A stretch of 64,000 nucleotides of DNA from an uncultured Armatimonadetes bacterium (GCA_963716175.1 OY970296.1:320001-384000), one strand, 5' to 3'. Positions 9,983 to 20,509 are shown, counted from the stretch's first letter. Notes: a model not told the origin generated them from the letters alone. Program-made: numbers and translations.

Positions 9983-10429
9983 GTCCGCGCCCTACCTTTC
10001 CAACCGCGTTCGAGCGCAACGGCGGACTGGAGGCCATGCGCCCAGCCGCAACCCCTGAACGACGGACACACTCCCCCAGCGACGGGCGAGAGTTCCGGTG
10101 ACCGTGGGCGGTCCCCGGGCTCGTCCCTTCGAACCCCAGCCGACGTTCGGCTGGGCTATTGGGCCGCCGAGTGCTCCCAGGGTTTATTCCACAGTAGCGA
10201 GGCCTGCCTGAGCACCCATGCAGATCCAGGCAGGGAGCCCCTGCGATCTCCCGTAAGCGTCGCGCACTGCGGGAACCGCGCCGAGGCGGCGGCTCTGCCG
10301 CTCTGCTAGCGTTGCGTGGGCGTGTACACAGCAGCGAGCGGGGGGATCGCGGGGCTAGTGGGGTAGGCGCACCAGGAACAGCTCAGACCACTCTGGCACG
10401 CTGGCCAACGCGCATCTTCAGCTTCTAAT

Positions 10430-10525
10430 GGCGTTCGCACAAAGAAGTAATGTGCGAACGCCGCTCTGGGCCCGTCTGAGCAGTTGCCTGAGCTTCGCCC
10501 CCTTACTTCCTTGAGCGAAGCTCAG
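10430..10525. repeat. Inverted pair of related palindromic hairpins
   Basis: GGCGTTCGCACA-aagaagtaa-TGTGCGAACGCC (10430-10462) and CTGAGCTTCGC-..ttacttcc..-GCGAAGCTCAG (10488-10525). Confidence 0.7.
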
Positions 10526-10802
10526 TAGGATAGCGGCGTAGCTACAGTGCAGCATGAGATGAAGCAGCATTCCTGCTCCTGACCGGCGGAGTGCGCAACG
10601 GACAAACGGGCCGGGGAGACAGCAGACGGTCAGGAATGGGGTGCGCGAGACGGTGACCTACGGCTACAACCATGTGGGTCTGATCAGCAGGTTGGCTGCT
10701 CGGGACAGGAGCAGATGGTTCACCTGCATTCCTGGCCGGCTCGAAACACAGCCTGGGCAAGCCTACGGCGTTTTCAGGGCGACCCGACCGCGGCAGACGT
10801 CT

Positions 10803-13094
10803 TCACTCGAACTCCAGCCGCACTGGCTGGTTGCAGTCCACCTCTAACGTTGCCAGCGCGCCTCGTCGCGCCACCGGGACCGATCGCTCGCCCTGCCAGG
10901 ATCCTCTGATCTTCCGGTCGCCAACGTGCACGCTAACTCGAGATCTGACGCCGGGCGCACTTTGCACAGTGAAGGAGAGCGTCTGGCCCTGATAGCTTTC
11001 CCCCGCGAACCCGTCCGAGAGCGTCGCCCACAGCACTTGCGGTCGGCCCCTCGCCGAGGTCAGGAATAGCCAGGCCGGCTCATGGGGCCGCTGGCTGAGG
11101 TCGAAGTGATGCAGCCGCCTGCCCTCGACAGGCTGGTCGCTCGCTAGTTCGTCCCTGTCCGGCCGGTAGACCAAGTACCTCTTCTCTGCCCGCAGTCCAA
11201 GTTGCCGCGGGTTAGTGATCTCCAGACGCCCTCTCGTTACCTGCGCGGCAAGATTCGCGACCACGATCAGAGTACCCTTCTCGTTACGACACCAGTAGGC
11301 GTACCAGTCGCGGACCGGCCAGCGAAGGCCTACCTCCCGCTGCCAGGCCCCCGGGAAACGAGCCCGAGAGAGGCCGAAGAAGCGCAGCAAATCCGCGTAC
11401 TGCATGAGCAGGCCGTCGGGCCGGGGACCATAGGGCACCGGGCCTCCCCCTCTCGGACCCTTCCCGTGGGCAATCACCATGGGGCTCTGGCAGCGCAGCC
11501 AGAAGCTGACCGAGCGCAGGCTCAGTTCGCGGATCGGACTCGTGAGCAGGAGCGCGTTGCACCCCAAGCGACGAGAGTTCAGATGGCCCCGCACCAGTTC
11601 AGCTGGCGTCTCCTCGATATTCGCCCATTCCCCAGGCAATCGTATGTCCACTAGGTTGTTAATGAGCGCGCCTGCAAACAGGTTGGTGTTGGACAGGATG
11701 AACTTCCCCGCGCCCCTCGCCTTGACGGCCTTGTACGCATGCCAGGCCATCTCCCTCAGCCCCGGCAGAGTGAACCGCGGGTACTTGAGGCCGCAGCCAT
11801 GCCGGGTGTTCCGACAGGCCATCTTCCCCACCCAGAAATCAATGTAGAGGCCATCGAAATCGAACCGCTCCAGGACGGTGTCCATCTCCCGCTTCCAGTG
11901 CTCTCTCCACCCCGCCGCCCCATAGCACATCAGGTTCGTGAGATGGCGGTACTCGGCCGCCGGCTCGATCTGCCAATCCTGCCCATGGGCTTGAAAGGCC
12001 GGGAGCGGGTGGTCCATGTCTGTGAACGTGAGGTAGGGGATGACCCGAATGCCATGCCGGTGACAGGCCGCGATCACCCGGCGCATCTCCCTGGGCTTGT
12101 CCGGGTGGGAGTAGTCGCCCGAGCGCCAGTGGGCGCAGCCGATGAGGAGGTTGATCCCACGGCGCGCCAGACCCGCGATCTCTTCATCTGTCGGGTAGAC
12201 GAACGAGGGATCTATCTGGTGCGGGCCCATCCAGTGTACCCGCAGATCGGCCAGGGCAGGATCGTAACGTTTCGCTGGAACCGGTGCCAGGTAGAACCGG
12301 CTGGTACGCCGCCAGCGCCTGTGCAGCGGCGTATAGAGGTTGCGCAGCGAGTAATAGGTCCATCGCACCAAACCGCCCTCGGCTTCGAGCACGAAGTTCT
12401 GGCCCGGCGTGCCCAGGGGATCTGCTGCCGGCTCGGAGTCGGTCCACCCGTGCGACAGGTTCTCCCCATCGTCCACGGTCAGGTCCAGCCCCGACTGATC
12501 GTTCCCTAGCTGAACCCAGGGCAGGAACCGTGCGCCGTGCAGTTCCTGCTTCCCTTTTCTCGCGGCAGGCAGTATCCGCGTGGCCCACCCGCCGGTGCTC
12601 TCGGCGTTGGCCAGGTCCTCGATATGCGAGTAGAAGCTGACCAGCTCGCGCCTCAACGCAGCCGCCGAGAACACCAGCCAGCGCAGCCCGCCCCGCCCCG
12701 TGCCCCGGTTCTCCACCTCAACTCGCATGACGCCATCGCAGTCAATGATGTATGTCAGATGGTAAGCAAGTGGAAAGGCGCTCCCCTCGGAGAGATACCT
12801 CCCGCTCGCCTGAAGCACGATCTGCTCCGGACTGCGCTTTACCACCCGCAACTGTGCCTGCGTTTCGCGCGCCGCCTCCCATCTCCGCCGCCGCGGGTCT
12901 ACCTCCGGCGACACCCAAAGATCGGGCAGGGGCCTGCGCCCGGCCAACCACTCCTGCCCCAGCACCCGCACGGACTTGAGCAGCCCATTGCTCCGGGCAA
13001 ACAGGTAGCGGAAAGTCGTACCCGACACCGCGATGCCGTCTCGCGTCTCCGAGATGCTGAGAGGAAGGAAGGTATGAGCGATCAGGTCGGCCAT
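10803..13094 (-). CDS. Putative glycoside hydrolase: beta-galactosidase small-chain-like beta-sandwich plus TIM barrel (DUF6067/DUF6259-like)
   Basis: AACHRHGIRVIPYL, MCYG, FDGLYIDF motifs; RBS AAGGAG upstream. Confidence 0.6.
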   Translation of the reverse strand: MADLIAHTFLPLSISETRDGIAVSGTTFRYLFARSNGLLKSVRVLGQEWLAGRRPLPDLWVSPEVDPRRRRWEAARETQAQLRVVKRSPEQIVLQASGRYLSEGSAFPLAYHLTYIIDCDGVMRVEVENRGTGRGGLRWLVFSAAALRRELVSFYSHIEDLANAESTGGWATRILPAARKGKQELHGARFLPWVQLGNDQSGLDLTVDDGENLSHGWTDSEPAADPLGTPGQNFVLEAEGGLVRWTYYSLRNLYTPLHRRWRRTSRFYLAPVPAKRYDPALADLRVHWMGPHQIDPSFVYPTDEEIAGLARRGINLLIGCAHWRSGDYSHPDKPREMRRVIAACHRHGIRVIPYLTFTDMDHPLPAFQAHGQDWQIEPAAEYRHLTNLMCYGAAGWREHWKREMDTVLERFDFDGLYIDFWVGKMACRNTRHGCGLKYPRFTLPGLREMAWHAYKAVKARGAGKFILSNTNLFAGALINNLVDIRLPGEWANIEETPAELVRGHLNSRRLGCNALLLTSPIRELSLRSVSFWLRCQSPMVIAHGKGPRGGGPVPYGPRPDGLLMQYADLLRFFGLSRARFPGAWQREVGLRWPVRDWYAYWCRNEKGTLIVVANLAAQVTRGRLEITNPRQLGLRAEKRYLVYRPDRDELASDQPVEGRRLHHFDLSQRPHEPAWLFLTSARGRPQVLWATLSDGFAGESYQGQTLSFTVQSAPGVRSRVSVHVGDRKIRGSWQGERSVPVARRGALATLEVDCNQPVRLEFE

Positions 13095-13474
13095 CGCGTT
13101 CTCCTTACCAGGTGAGCTTGCTGATCACAGCCCGCGGCCTACTTGGGCATATCTGTCAGCCAATCCTTCAGGCGCTACTCGCTGGGCGCGATCTCTGATC
13201 CCGGCCGAGCCCCACTGCCCTCAGACTGGAGCAAAGGGTCTGGCTCCATCGCCCAGGCAGGCCTGACGTGACTCCCTTGAGCAGTGTGGGCTACGCTCGT
13301 CGCGTGGGAGCGATATGCCACGCGGCGTTATGCACGCAAAGCATTCAGCGAAGAGGGGATTTCCTCGGACCGCGGAACCGAGGGCGCGAGGAGCGCAGCG
13401 CAACATCCGGTCGCCGCGCCAAGTATTCCCGAGTCTATGCCAACGGGCTCCTCGAGCGGGGGAAAGGAGAGGCC

Positions 13475-14497
13475 GTGAGCAAGCCGGAGTGCTACCGCAC
13501 CACCTACGAGGATATTGGCGAGATGCTCTCCCGCGTGCGCAGGGGCGAGGTGAGGCAGATAGGCCAGTCGGCGGGCGGCCGCGCCCTCTGGGCCGTCTGC
13601 TACGGAGAGAAAGAGCCCATCGCCCATTCCGCGAACCTCTCCTCGGCCCTCGCCGCGGGCAAGCCCGAGGCTTTCTTCGGCGCGAGAAGGCGCGAGAGGC
13701 AGGTCCTCGTGATCACCGCGGCCGTGCACGGCGGCGAGATGGAGGGGATCGCGGCCACCCTGAACTTGGTGGAGGTGCTGGAGACTGGCCGCGACCTGAA
13801 GGGCGAGAAGTGGCCAGGGCTGGCCGCAGCCGATGAGCTGCGGCTGGTCATCGTGCCCTGCCTGAACCCCGACGGCAGAGCCCGGGTGCCGGCCGATGAT
13901 CCTACCATCTGGACGGAAGATGAGGTCGAGAAGTACCGCCACGGCCTGAACGCCGATGGCAGCCGGATCGGCTGGCCGGAATGCAAAGTGCCGCACCCGC
14001 GCGATCCGGCCGCGGACGGGTTCCTGGGAGCCTACTTCAACGACGCCGGGGTCAACCCGCTGCACGGCGTCTTCCTCCCGACCGAAGTGGCGCCCGAGAC
14101 CCATGCCGCCATGGCGTTAGCTGTGGACGAGAAGCCGGACTGCGTACTCGACCTGCACTCGTGCGGCGCCGGTCCGTTTTTCATCGTTGGTGACGAGGCC
14201 CTGCCGGAGAGATTCGCGCGCCGGCAGTTCTACCTGGATGGCTTCTTCAGGCAGCTCCTGCGGGAGCGACTGGGCATCCACCGCAGCTGGACCACAGAGG
14301 GGCGCGAGGGCGCGCTGACCCTGGACGGCGCCTATTATCACCTGTGCCACGCCCTACCCCTGGTCTTCGAGAGCGCTGACGGCACCGACGCCGATCGCCC
14401 CTTCACCCACGAGCAGATCGTGGACATGCAGCTCGTCGCGGTCGAAACTCTGCTGACGGTTGGCGCGCGAGAGGGGTTCAAACCCCATGAACCCTGA
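13475..14497 (+). CDS. M14 zinc carboxypeptidase-like protein
   Basis: IGQSAGGR, VHGGE, PCLNPDG, LDLHS; GTG start after AAGGAG. Confidence 0.8.
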   Translation: MSKPECYRTTYEDIGEMLSRVRRGEVRQIGQSAGGRALWAVCYGEKEPIAHSANLSSALAAGKPEAFFGARRRERQVLVITAAVHGGEMEGIAATLNLVEVLETGRDLKGEKWPGLAAADELRLVIVPCLNPDGRARVPADDPTIWTEDEVEKYRHGLNADGSRIGWPECKVPHPRDPAADGFLGAYFNDAGVNPLHGVFLPTEVAPETHAAMALAVDEKPDCVLDLHSCGAGPFFIVGDEALPERFARRQFYLDGFFRQLLRERLGIHRSWTTEGREGALTLDGAYYHLCHALPLVFESADGTDADRPFTHEQIVDMQLVAVETLLTVGAREGFKPHEP

Positions 14498-14532
14498 GCC
14501 AGAGCGAAAGCGAGAAAGGACGGGACACTGGC

Positions 14533-15570
14533 ATGCTGAATCGCCGATGGTGGAGGCTGGCCGCGGCAAGCGCGGTGGTGGTTGGCTACGCCACCGTCTG
14601 GTGCAATCGGCCTGCGAGGGCTGAGATGCAATCCCCCACACTCCCCCAGGGCTGCGGCCTCTCGGCCCGCTATCCCGGCGATGCGGGCATTGCCCGAGAT
14701 CCGGCCGTACTGCTGGCAGAGGATTTCGAGAAAGGTGACCTGGAGGCGCTCGCGAAGCGGTGGGAGAGTGTGAGCAACGAGGGGGGAAAGGTGCTCGCCC
14801 TCAGCCGCGATGTGCCTCCGGCGAGCGCGGGCGAGCACTCACTCCAGATGACGGCCACCCTTGGCGAGAACACCGGCGGCCATCTCTACACCAAGCTTCC
14901 GCGGGGCGTGGATCAGGTGTTCGCTCGCTTCTACGTGAAGTTCCCTCAGAACGCGCAGTACCTCCATCACTTCGTCCACCTGGGTGGCTACAATCCCTCC
15001 ACCCGCTGGCCGCAGGGAGGCGCCGGGGAACGGCCGCGGGGCGATGACCGCGTGACGGTCGGCATCGAGCCGGCCGGAGACTACGGCCACCACGCCCCTC
15101 CTGGAGTCTGGAACTTCTACTGCTACTGGCCGGAGATGAAGATATCGGCCGATGGGCGCTACTGGGGCAACGGCCTGCGGCCTGCCGAGGATGCTCAGGC
15201 GCCGCGAGATCGCTGGCAATGCGTTGAGGTGATGATGAAGCTCAACTCAGCGCCCGATGCCCACGATGGAGAGCTAGCGCTGTGGGTGGATGGCGAACTC
15301 AAGGGCCACTTCGCCAAAGGCGCGCGGCGCGGCGACTGGTCGGGAATGGGCTTCCAGCTCGTGGACGCCGGCGGCACGCCATTCGAGGGGTTTCGCTGGC
15401 GCACCAGCGACGATCTCAAGATCAACTTCTTCTGGCTCTTGCACTACGTGACAGAGGGCTCCTATCGCATGAACCAGGTGGGCAGGCCCAGCCGCCTCAA
15501 CCAGGTCTGGTTCGACGATATCGTGGTGGCCGCGGAGTACATCGGTCCGATCAAGCCGCAGCGCCAGTGA
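14533..15570 (+). CDS. Secreted hypothetical protein, probable ConA/polysaccharide-lyase-like beta-sandwich
   Basis: Signal peptide; EDFE, RFYVKF, WQCVEVMMKLN, LWVDG, WFDDIVVA..YIGP. Confidence 0.55.
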   Translation: MLNRRWWRLAAASAVVVGYATVWCNRPARAEMQSPTLPQGCGLSARYPGDAGIARDPAVLLAEDFEKGDLEALAKRWESVSNEGGKVLALSRDVPPASAGEHSLQMTATLGENTGGHLYTKLPRGVDQVFARFYVKFPQNAQYLHHFVHLGGYNPSTRWPQGGAGERPRGDDRVTVGIEPAGDYGHHAPPGVWNFYCYWPEMKISADGRYWGNGLRPAEDAQAPRDRWQCVEVMMKLNSAPDAHDGELALWVDGELKGHFAKGARRGDWSGMGFQLVDAGGTPFEGFRWRTSDDLKINFFWLLHYVTEGSYRMNQVGRPSRLNQVWFDDIVVAAEYIGPIKPQRQ

Positions 15571-15652
15571 GCGGGAATTCGGCCGCTGTGGGGTGAGGCG
15601 CCGGGGCCAGTTAGATCTCAGGGAATGCTCAGGGTTACGGAGTGGCAGGTAC

Positions 15653-16651
15653 ATGAGAGAGATACGAGTCGCAAGCATCCAGCCAATCGGGCAGCCGAAG
15701 ATGAACGTCTTCGGGGGCGAACGTGACCGCGATCTTGGTCGCCAGAAGATCGAGGAGAACCTGGACATGGCCTGCCGACTGCTGGCGCAAGTCGGCGAGG
15801 CGGGCTGCGATATCGTCGCCTATCCCGAGGATGTCCAGGGCATCGCTCACTACGGCTACTACTACGCCGAGCCGGATCTCTTTGCCGATTATGTTGAGCG
15901 CATCCCCGGACCAGCTACCAACCGCATCTCGGAGGTGGCGAGGAAGTATCGCATGCACGTGGTGTTCGGCACCTATGAGCGGATCGGTGACGCCATCTAC
16001 AACACCGCGGTGCTGATGGGGCGCGACGGGGAGATCATCGGTAGGTACCATAAGGTGCAACTGCCGGATGTCGAGCGCTGGAGCGTGACGCCCGGCCACT
16101 CCTTCCCGGTCTTCGAGACGGAGTTTGGGACGGTGGGGATGATGATCTGCTACGACATCAACTTCCCCGAAGTCCCGCGCTGTCTCGCCCTCAACGGCGC
16201 GGAGCTGCTGTTCTGCCCGACGATGGGCTATAGCATGCCGGGCCAGTGCGAGGAGAACGGGCTGATGCGGGTGCGCATGCGGGCAATTGACAACTTCGTG
16301 CCGGTTGTAGTGGCCACCTGTGAGAGAGATTCGGTGATCGTGGACAGCGACGGTACCGTGCTTGCCATGGCGCGGCCCGGGAAAGAGGACATCATCTTCG
16401 CGACCATTGACCTGGATGCCACGCCAATGGACCACAGCCAGTGGGAGCTCATCACGGGCGTTGCCGACCTCAAGGCGCGCCTCTTCCAAGAGAGACGTCC
16501 GGAGGTCTTCGCGCCCATCGCCGACCCGCGTCCGCCAGCCCTGGGGCGGTACCAGGACAAGCCGCTGAAGTCAACGCCGGACCAACGCCAACAGGTCTTC
16601 GCTGAACTATATCGCCGCTGGTCCGGCCGGGAGTGGCAGCGCCCGGTGTAG
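15653..16651 (+). CDS. Carbon-nitrogen hydrolase (nitrilase superfamily)
   Basis: Glu-Lys-Cys triad in YPED, YHKVQL and ICYD. Confidence 0.9.
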   Translation: MREIRVASIQPIGQPKMNVFGGERDRDLGRQKIEENLDMACRLLAQVGEAGCDIVAYPEDVQGIAHYGYYYAEPDLFADYVERIPGPATNRISEVARKYRMHVVFGTYERIGDAIYNTAVLMGRDGEIIGRYHKVQLPDVERWSVTPGHSFPVFETEFGTVGMMICYDINFPEVPRCLALNGAELLFCPTMGYSMPGQCEENGLMRVRMRAIDNFVPVVVATCERDSVIVDSDGTVLAMARPGKEDIIFATIDLDATPMDHSQWELITGVADLKARLFQERRPEVFAPIADPRPPALGRYQDKPLKSTPDQRQQVFAELYRRWSGREWQRPV

Positions 16652-16694
16652 CTGCCCGCTAGCCTTCCGGTAGGTTGCGGATCTGCAATACTGG

Positions 16695-18689
16695 TCAGAC
16701 TGCTGGCACGGCCGCGCGATACAAGGCCCACATCACACCGTTGATCAGGTCACCACTCACCAAGCCGACGGCCAGCGGAACTGTCTGGCGGTACAGGCGA
16801 AGGCCGCCATAGCGAGTCGCCAGCGTTTTCGCCAGCCAGCCGACGAGGAACGGCATGTAGAACCACTGCATTCCCCAGGAGTGGGCCGCCAGGAATCCCA
16901 CCGGGTGCAGGGGCCACCACCAGAAGCGCAGCCGCAGAAGGCCCAGCGAGATGGCGATGGCGGCACCCGCCGCCATGCCGGCCAGGCCTCTGGCATCGAG
17001 CTGGGAGGGCGTGCTGATGGCGGCGAAGATGTGCCCGGCCCCCCACGCTATCTGCGACCCAAGCCAACTGGTGTCTGCCGCGCGTAGACCGTAGAAGCCG
17101 TAATGGTAGATGCCCGTCAGTGTGACATACACACCAAGGACCATTGACAGCACCAGCCCGGCGGCCATGGCCAAGGTCAGCCGCCTGGTGGGAATCCGGG
17201 CGGAGTCTGCGATCTTCATCCCTTCGAGAACATTGCCGCTGATCACCTGCGCGGTCGAGCCAGCTCCCGGAAAGTATGTCCATCTCAGCGACATGATGGC
17301 GATGACCTCTTGGGGTCGGAAGATGGCGTTCCCAGTCGCGTCGAGCATGTCGTCTATGAAGAGCGGAAACAGCAGCAAGCCCAAGCCAGTCTCCGCCCGC
17401 AGCCAGGTCCACATCAGGTAGAACATGAGGATGAGCGTCACCAGCATCGTGCCCACCCAAAGGCGCGCACCGATCATGGCGCAGAAGTAGACCATCCACG
17501 CGCAGGAGAGAGCGAGCGCGATGAGAGACCAACGATAGGGCAAGGGCTCGTCTGCATCTTCCAAGCCGCTTGCGCGACTGAACGCGATGCGCAGCGCCCG
17601 CCCCAGGTGCCGGCGCGCCCGCCAGGCCGCCCATAGGGAGAGGGCGAAGATCGCGCCGAATCCCTGGAAGGCGAAGGCCGGGAAGGTGGTGTCGCCCAGC
17701 CATCCTTCCGGGCTGCGCGGGGGCGCGCCCGCGGCGATGGCGATGAAGGCCAGCGCGATCCGCAGGAACCAGAAGACCCAGCAAGAGAAGGATAGCTCCT
17801 TCGGGATGAGATAGGCTACCGCGATCAACCATGGCCAGAGCACCAGATCCATTTCTCCGAAAGCTGCCATAGGTCCAGTTGTCTGCGGGGTTATCAACGC
17901 CACCGGCCCGAGCGGGATGGCGGGCAAGGACGGAAGGCAGCTTGCCAGGCGGTTCCAGGATCTGACCCCAAACGAGATGAGAAAGCCGAGCCAGAACACG
18001 CGGGAGGTGGTTAGCAACCCGCGGCGTTCCTCGCCTGAACCACCTTCAGTCACCAGCTCCAGAGGAATCTGTGCAAGGGGAAAGCTCAAGCGCTCGTAGG
18101 TGATCCACTGCCGCTGGATGATCAGCGCGAGGCAGCTCGACGCCACCGCCAGCGCCAGCAAGAATGAGCACCAGGCCGCTAGCGGTGCCAGCCACAGCGA
18201 CCACGGGACTGAGGCATGCCCTACGAAGAAGCTCTCCACCGCATCCCGCTCGGTGGGGCTCAACCACGTCGGCACCAGGTTCAGGAACGTGCCTGCCCAC
18301 TCCGGGTGAACGCTGGCCGCGTACTGGATGTAGATCGCATGCGGCAGCATGTATGCAAGTATCCCGTAGGAGACCATCGGCGCGCCAGCCAACACGATGA
18401 TGAAGATGGCGAGGAGCTCACGGCGACTGAGCCTGAGCCAGCGGCCGATGGGAAGCCAACTGGCGATGGCGGTCAGGAAGAAGAGCACCGCGAAGGGAGC
18501 CGGCGCGGGGACCCCTGCGTTGAAGTCCTCGGCCGAGCTGTGGAGGAGGTCGGTGTAGAAGCCACCGTAGGCCAGCAGAACGAGGGCGAGGGAGGAGAGC
18601 GCCACCACGCGCCAGTTCGCGTCTCCCGGTCCGGCCAACCGCAGCTCCGCTTGCGCGGGTATGCTGCGGCCTTTCAGAACTGCTCCCAA
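16695..18689 (-). CDS. DUF6785/DUF6784 family polytopic membrane protein (putative transporter)
   Basis: Many hydrophobic helices; QW..YERLSFPLAQIP, FWLGF, RAETG, WWPLHPVGF, RYGG..LYR...P..GL..GD. Start codon uncertain. Confidence 0.75.
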   Translation of the reverse strand: MGAVLKGRSIPAQAELRLAGPGDANWRVVALSSLALVLLAYGGFYTDLLHSSAEDFNAGVPAPAPFAVLFFLTAIASWLPIGRWLRLSRRELLAIFIIVLAGAPMVSYGILAYMLPHAIYIQYAASVHPEWAGTFLNLVPTWLSPTERDAVESFFVGHASVPWSLWLAPLAAWCSFLLALAVASSCLALIIQRQWITYERLSFPLAQIPLELVTEGGSGEERRGLLTTSRVFWLGFLISFGVRSWNRLASCLPSLPAIPLGPVALITPQTTGPMAAFGEMDLVLWPWLIAVAYLIPKELSFSCWVFWFLRIALAFIAIAAGAPPRSPEGWLGDTTFPAFAFQGFGAIFALSLWAAWRARRHLGRALRIAFSRASGLEDADEPLPYRWSLIALALSCAWMVYFCAMIGARLWVGTMLVTLILMFYLMWTWLRAETGLGLLLFPLFIDDMLDATGNAIFRPQEVIAIMSLRWTYFPGAGSTAQVISGNVLEGMKIADSARIPTRRLTLAMAAGLVLSMVLGVYVTLTGIYHYGFYGLRAADTSWLGSQIAWGAGHIFAAISTPSQLDARGLAGMAAGAAIAISLGLLRLRFWWWPLHPVGFLAAHSWGMQWFYMPFLVGWLAKTLATRYGGLRLYRQTVPLAVGLVSGDLINGVMWALYRAAVPAV

Positions 18690-19168
18690 TGCAGCGCCTC
18701 GCCCACGGAGCGCTTCTGCTTGCGGCCCGGACGATCGGCCGGGTAGCCCAGAGGTAGCAGGCTGACCAGGTGGTGGCCATCCGGAGCTCCCAGCATCTCC
18801 CGGACCTTATCCGCATAGCCCTTCTTGTCGCCCGCCACCCAGCAGGCTCCCAGCCCCAGCGCGGCCGCTGCGATCAGGATGTTCTCAGTGGCCGCACAAC
18901 CGTCTTCCAGGTAGTACTTGGTGTCCTTGCAGAACACCGCGATACAGGCGGGAGCGTCGGCGATGAACTTGCCATAGTCGGTGGTATCAGCGATGCCCTT
19001 CTTCATGCCCTGGTTCGTTATCACCACGAACTCCCAAGGCTCCTTTCCCATCGCGGTAGGAGCCAGCCGGCCGCAGTCCACCAGCTGCTCGAGCAGCTCA
19101 CGGTCCACCGGGTCGGGACGATACCTGCGCACACTTCTGCGCTGCCTGATCGCCTCTAGCGCGTCCAT
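18674..19168 (-). CDS. Nitroreductase family protein
   Basis: RRSVRRY, APTA..EPWEFVV, ENILIAA.ALGLGACW, LGYP. Confidence 0.92.
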   Translation of the reverse strand: MDALEAIRQRRSVRRYRPDPVDRELLEQLVDCGRLAPTAMGKEPWEFVVITNQGMKKGIADTTDYGKFIADAPACIAVFCKDTKYYLEDGCAATENILIAAAALGLGACWVAGDKKGYADKVREMLGAPDGHHLVSLLPLGYPADRPGRKQKRSVGEALHWEQF

Positions 19169-19183
19169 CGCACCCTCCGCAGC

Positions 19184-20509
19184 TCACCGCGCGTCGTCGC
19201 GGTGCTCCTTGATGAAGCGAGCACGCATGTCGCCAAGCCACGGCTCCACATAGCGCCGGTTGAGGTCTATCTCGGCGACGGCTATCGCGCCCTTGCTCTC
19301 GTTCTCTTTGGAGGCTGCGGCCAGCACCTTCCCTTCCGGGTCTATGATCCAGCTCGGCACATCATAGCCGCAGCTCACGAGGAAGACGTGATTCTCGATG
19401 GCCCGAGCCTTCATCAGCGTCTCATTCCCGCCCCAGATCGGGAGGAAGATGACCTCCGCGCCCTTCAGGGCCATGCGCTGGGCCGGCTCGACGTACTGCA
19501 CATCCCAGCAGATCATCATGCCCACTTTGCCGAAGTCGGTCTCGAAGACTGCGCAGTCCTCACCAGGTGTGACTCCGCCCTCGATCTCCTCCCGCGGGAC
19601 GTAGAACTTGCGATACTTCCCCACCAGCCGGCCTTGCCGGTCAAGCAGGATAGCTGTGTTGTAGACTCCCTTTCCATCGCGCTCGTTGTAGCAGGCCACC
19701 AGGTAGCAGTTGTGCCTTCTCGCCAGCTCGCCTAGGCGCTGCGAGGTGGGCCCAGGGATGGGCTCCGCCACCGCGGCATAGGTCAGCTCCGTGCCCACCA
19801 TCGTCATGCCTTCTGGCAGGCAGATGATGTCCGGCTTGCGCTGGGCGGCCTTGTCTATCCAGGTGCAGAACTCCTCGACGTTCTCCTGCGCGGACTTGCT
19901 CCCCTCCGGGCGGTGGTAGATAGTCGCCACCCTCACCTGGCGGGGCCCGGGCGGATCAACCTGGCCCAGGCTCACATCATCCCACCAGACTGTGCCGCCA
20001 GGGCTCCACCCAAAGAGCAAGTCGAGCCGGACGCCAGTTGCCTCTTCCGGTGCCGGGGCCAGCGCCCACACATGCTTCCAGCTATCCCCGGCGTCTTCGA
20101 TGTGATAGACATAGTCTGGCTGTCCGGCCCGCTCGCCGTTCTGCTTCTGCCAGTCCAGCCGGGCCACTACCGTCCGGCGTTCCTCGGTCGCCTCTCTGGC
20201 GCGGTAGTAAGCGTCGAATCGGTACCAGGCGCCTGCTGCGATGCCGCCAACCGTAACCCGCCACCCGCCATACTCGATAGCCTCCCCACACTCGATTCGC
20301 AGCGACCCGTCGCGCCCGCCGCGAGAGACCTGGGCATCCACGGTGCAGTTGGGGCGGATTTCTTCGCGCGCGGCGTATGGCTGCCATGGGCATCCCGCTT
20401 CCGAGAATGCCTTGTGACTGAGCAAGACCTTCCTCACGTCATCCCCCGATGCTCGCACACCGAGTGCAAACATGACCCATACTAGCAGCAGACAGACTTG
20501 GCGTCTCAT
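19184..20509 (-). CDS. Secreted carbon-nitrogen hydrolase with an N-terminal CBM4/9-like domain
   Basis: Signal peptide; GTVWWDDVSL beta-sandwich end; LPEG, YRK and ICWD triad. Confidence 0.8.
   Translation of the reverse strand: MRRQVCLLLVWVMFALGVRASGDDVRKVLLSHKAFSEAGCPWQPYAAREEIRPNCTVDAQVSRGGRDGSLRIECGEAIEYGGWRVTVGGIAAGAWYRFDAYYRAREATEERRTVVARLDWQKQNGERAGQPDYVYHIEDAGDSWKHVWALAPAPEEATGVRLDLLFGWSPGGTVWWDDVSLGQVDPPGPRQVRVATIYHRPEGSKSAQENVEEFCTWIDKAAQRKPDIICLPEGMTMVGTELTYAAVAEPIPGPTSQRLGELARRHNCYLVACYNERDGKGVYNTAILLDRQGRLVGKYRKFYVPREEIEGGVTPGEDCAVFETDFGKVGMMICWDVQYVEPAQRMALKGAEVIFLPIWGGNETLMKARAIENHVFLVSCGYDVPSWIIDPEGKVLAAASKENESKGAIAVAEIDLNRRYVEPWLGDMRARFIKEHRDDAR

Noticed and set aside
10040-10200. 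c-di-AMP (ydaO) riboswitch on the minus strand
   Set aside because: Only scattered short matches, in the wrong order.
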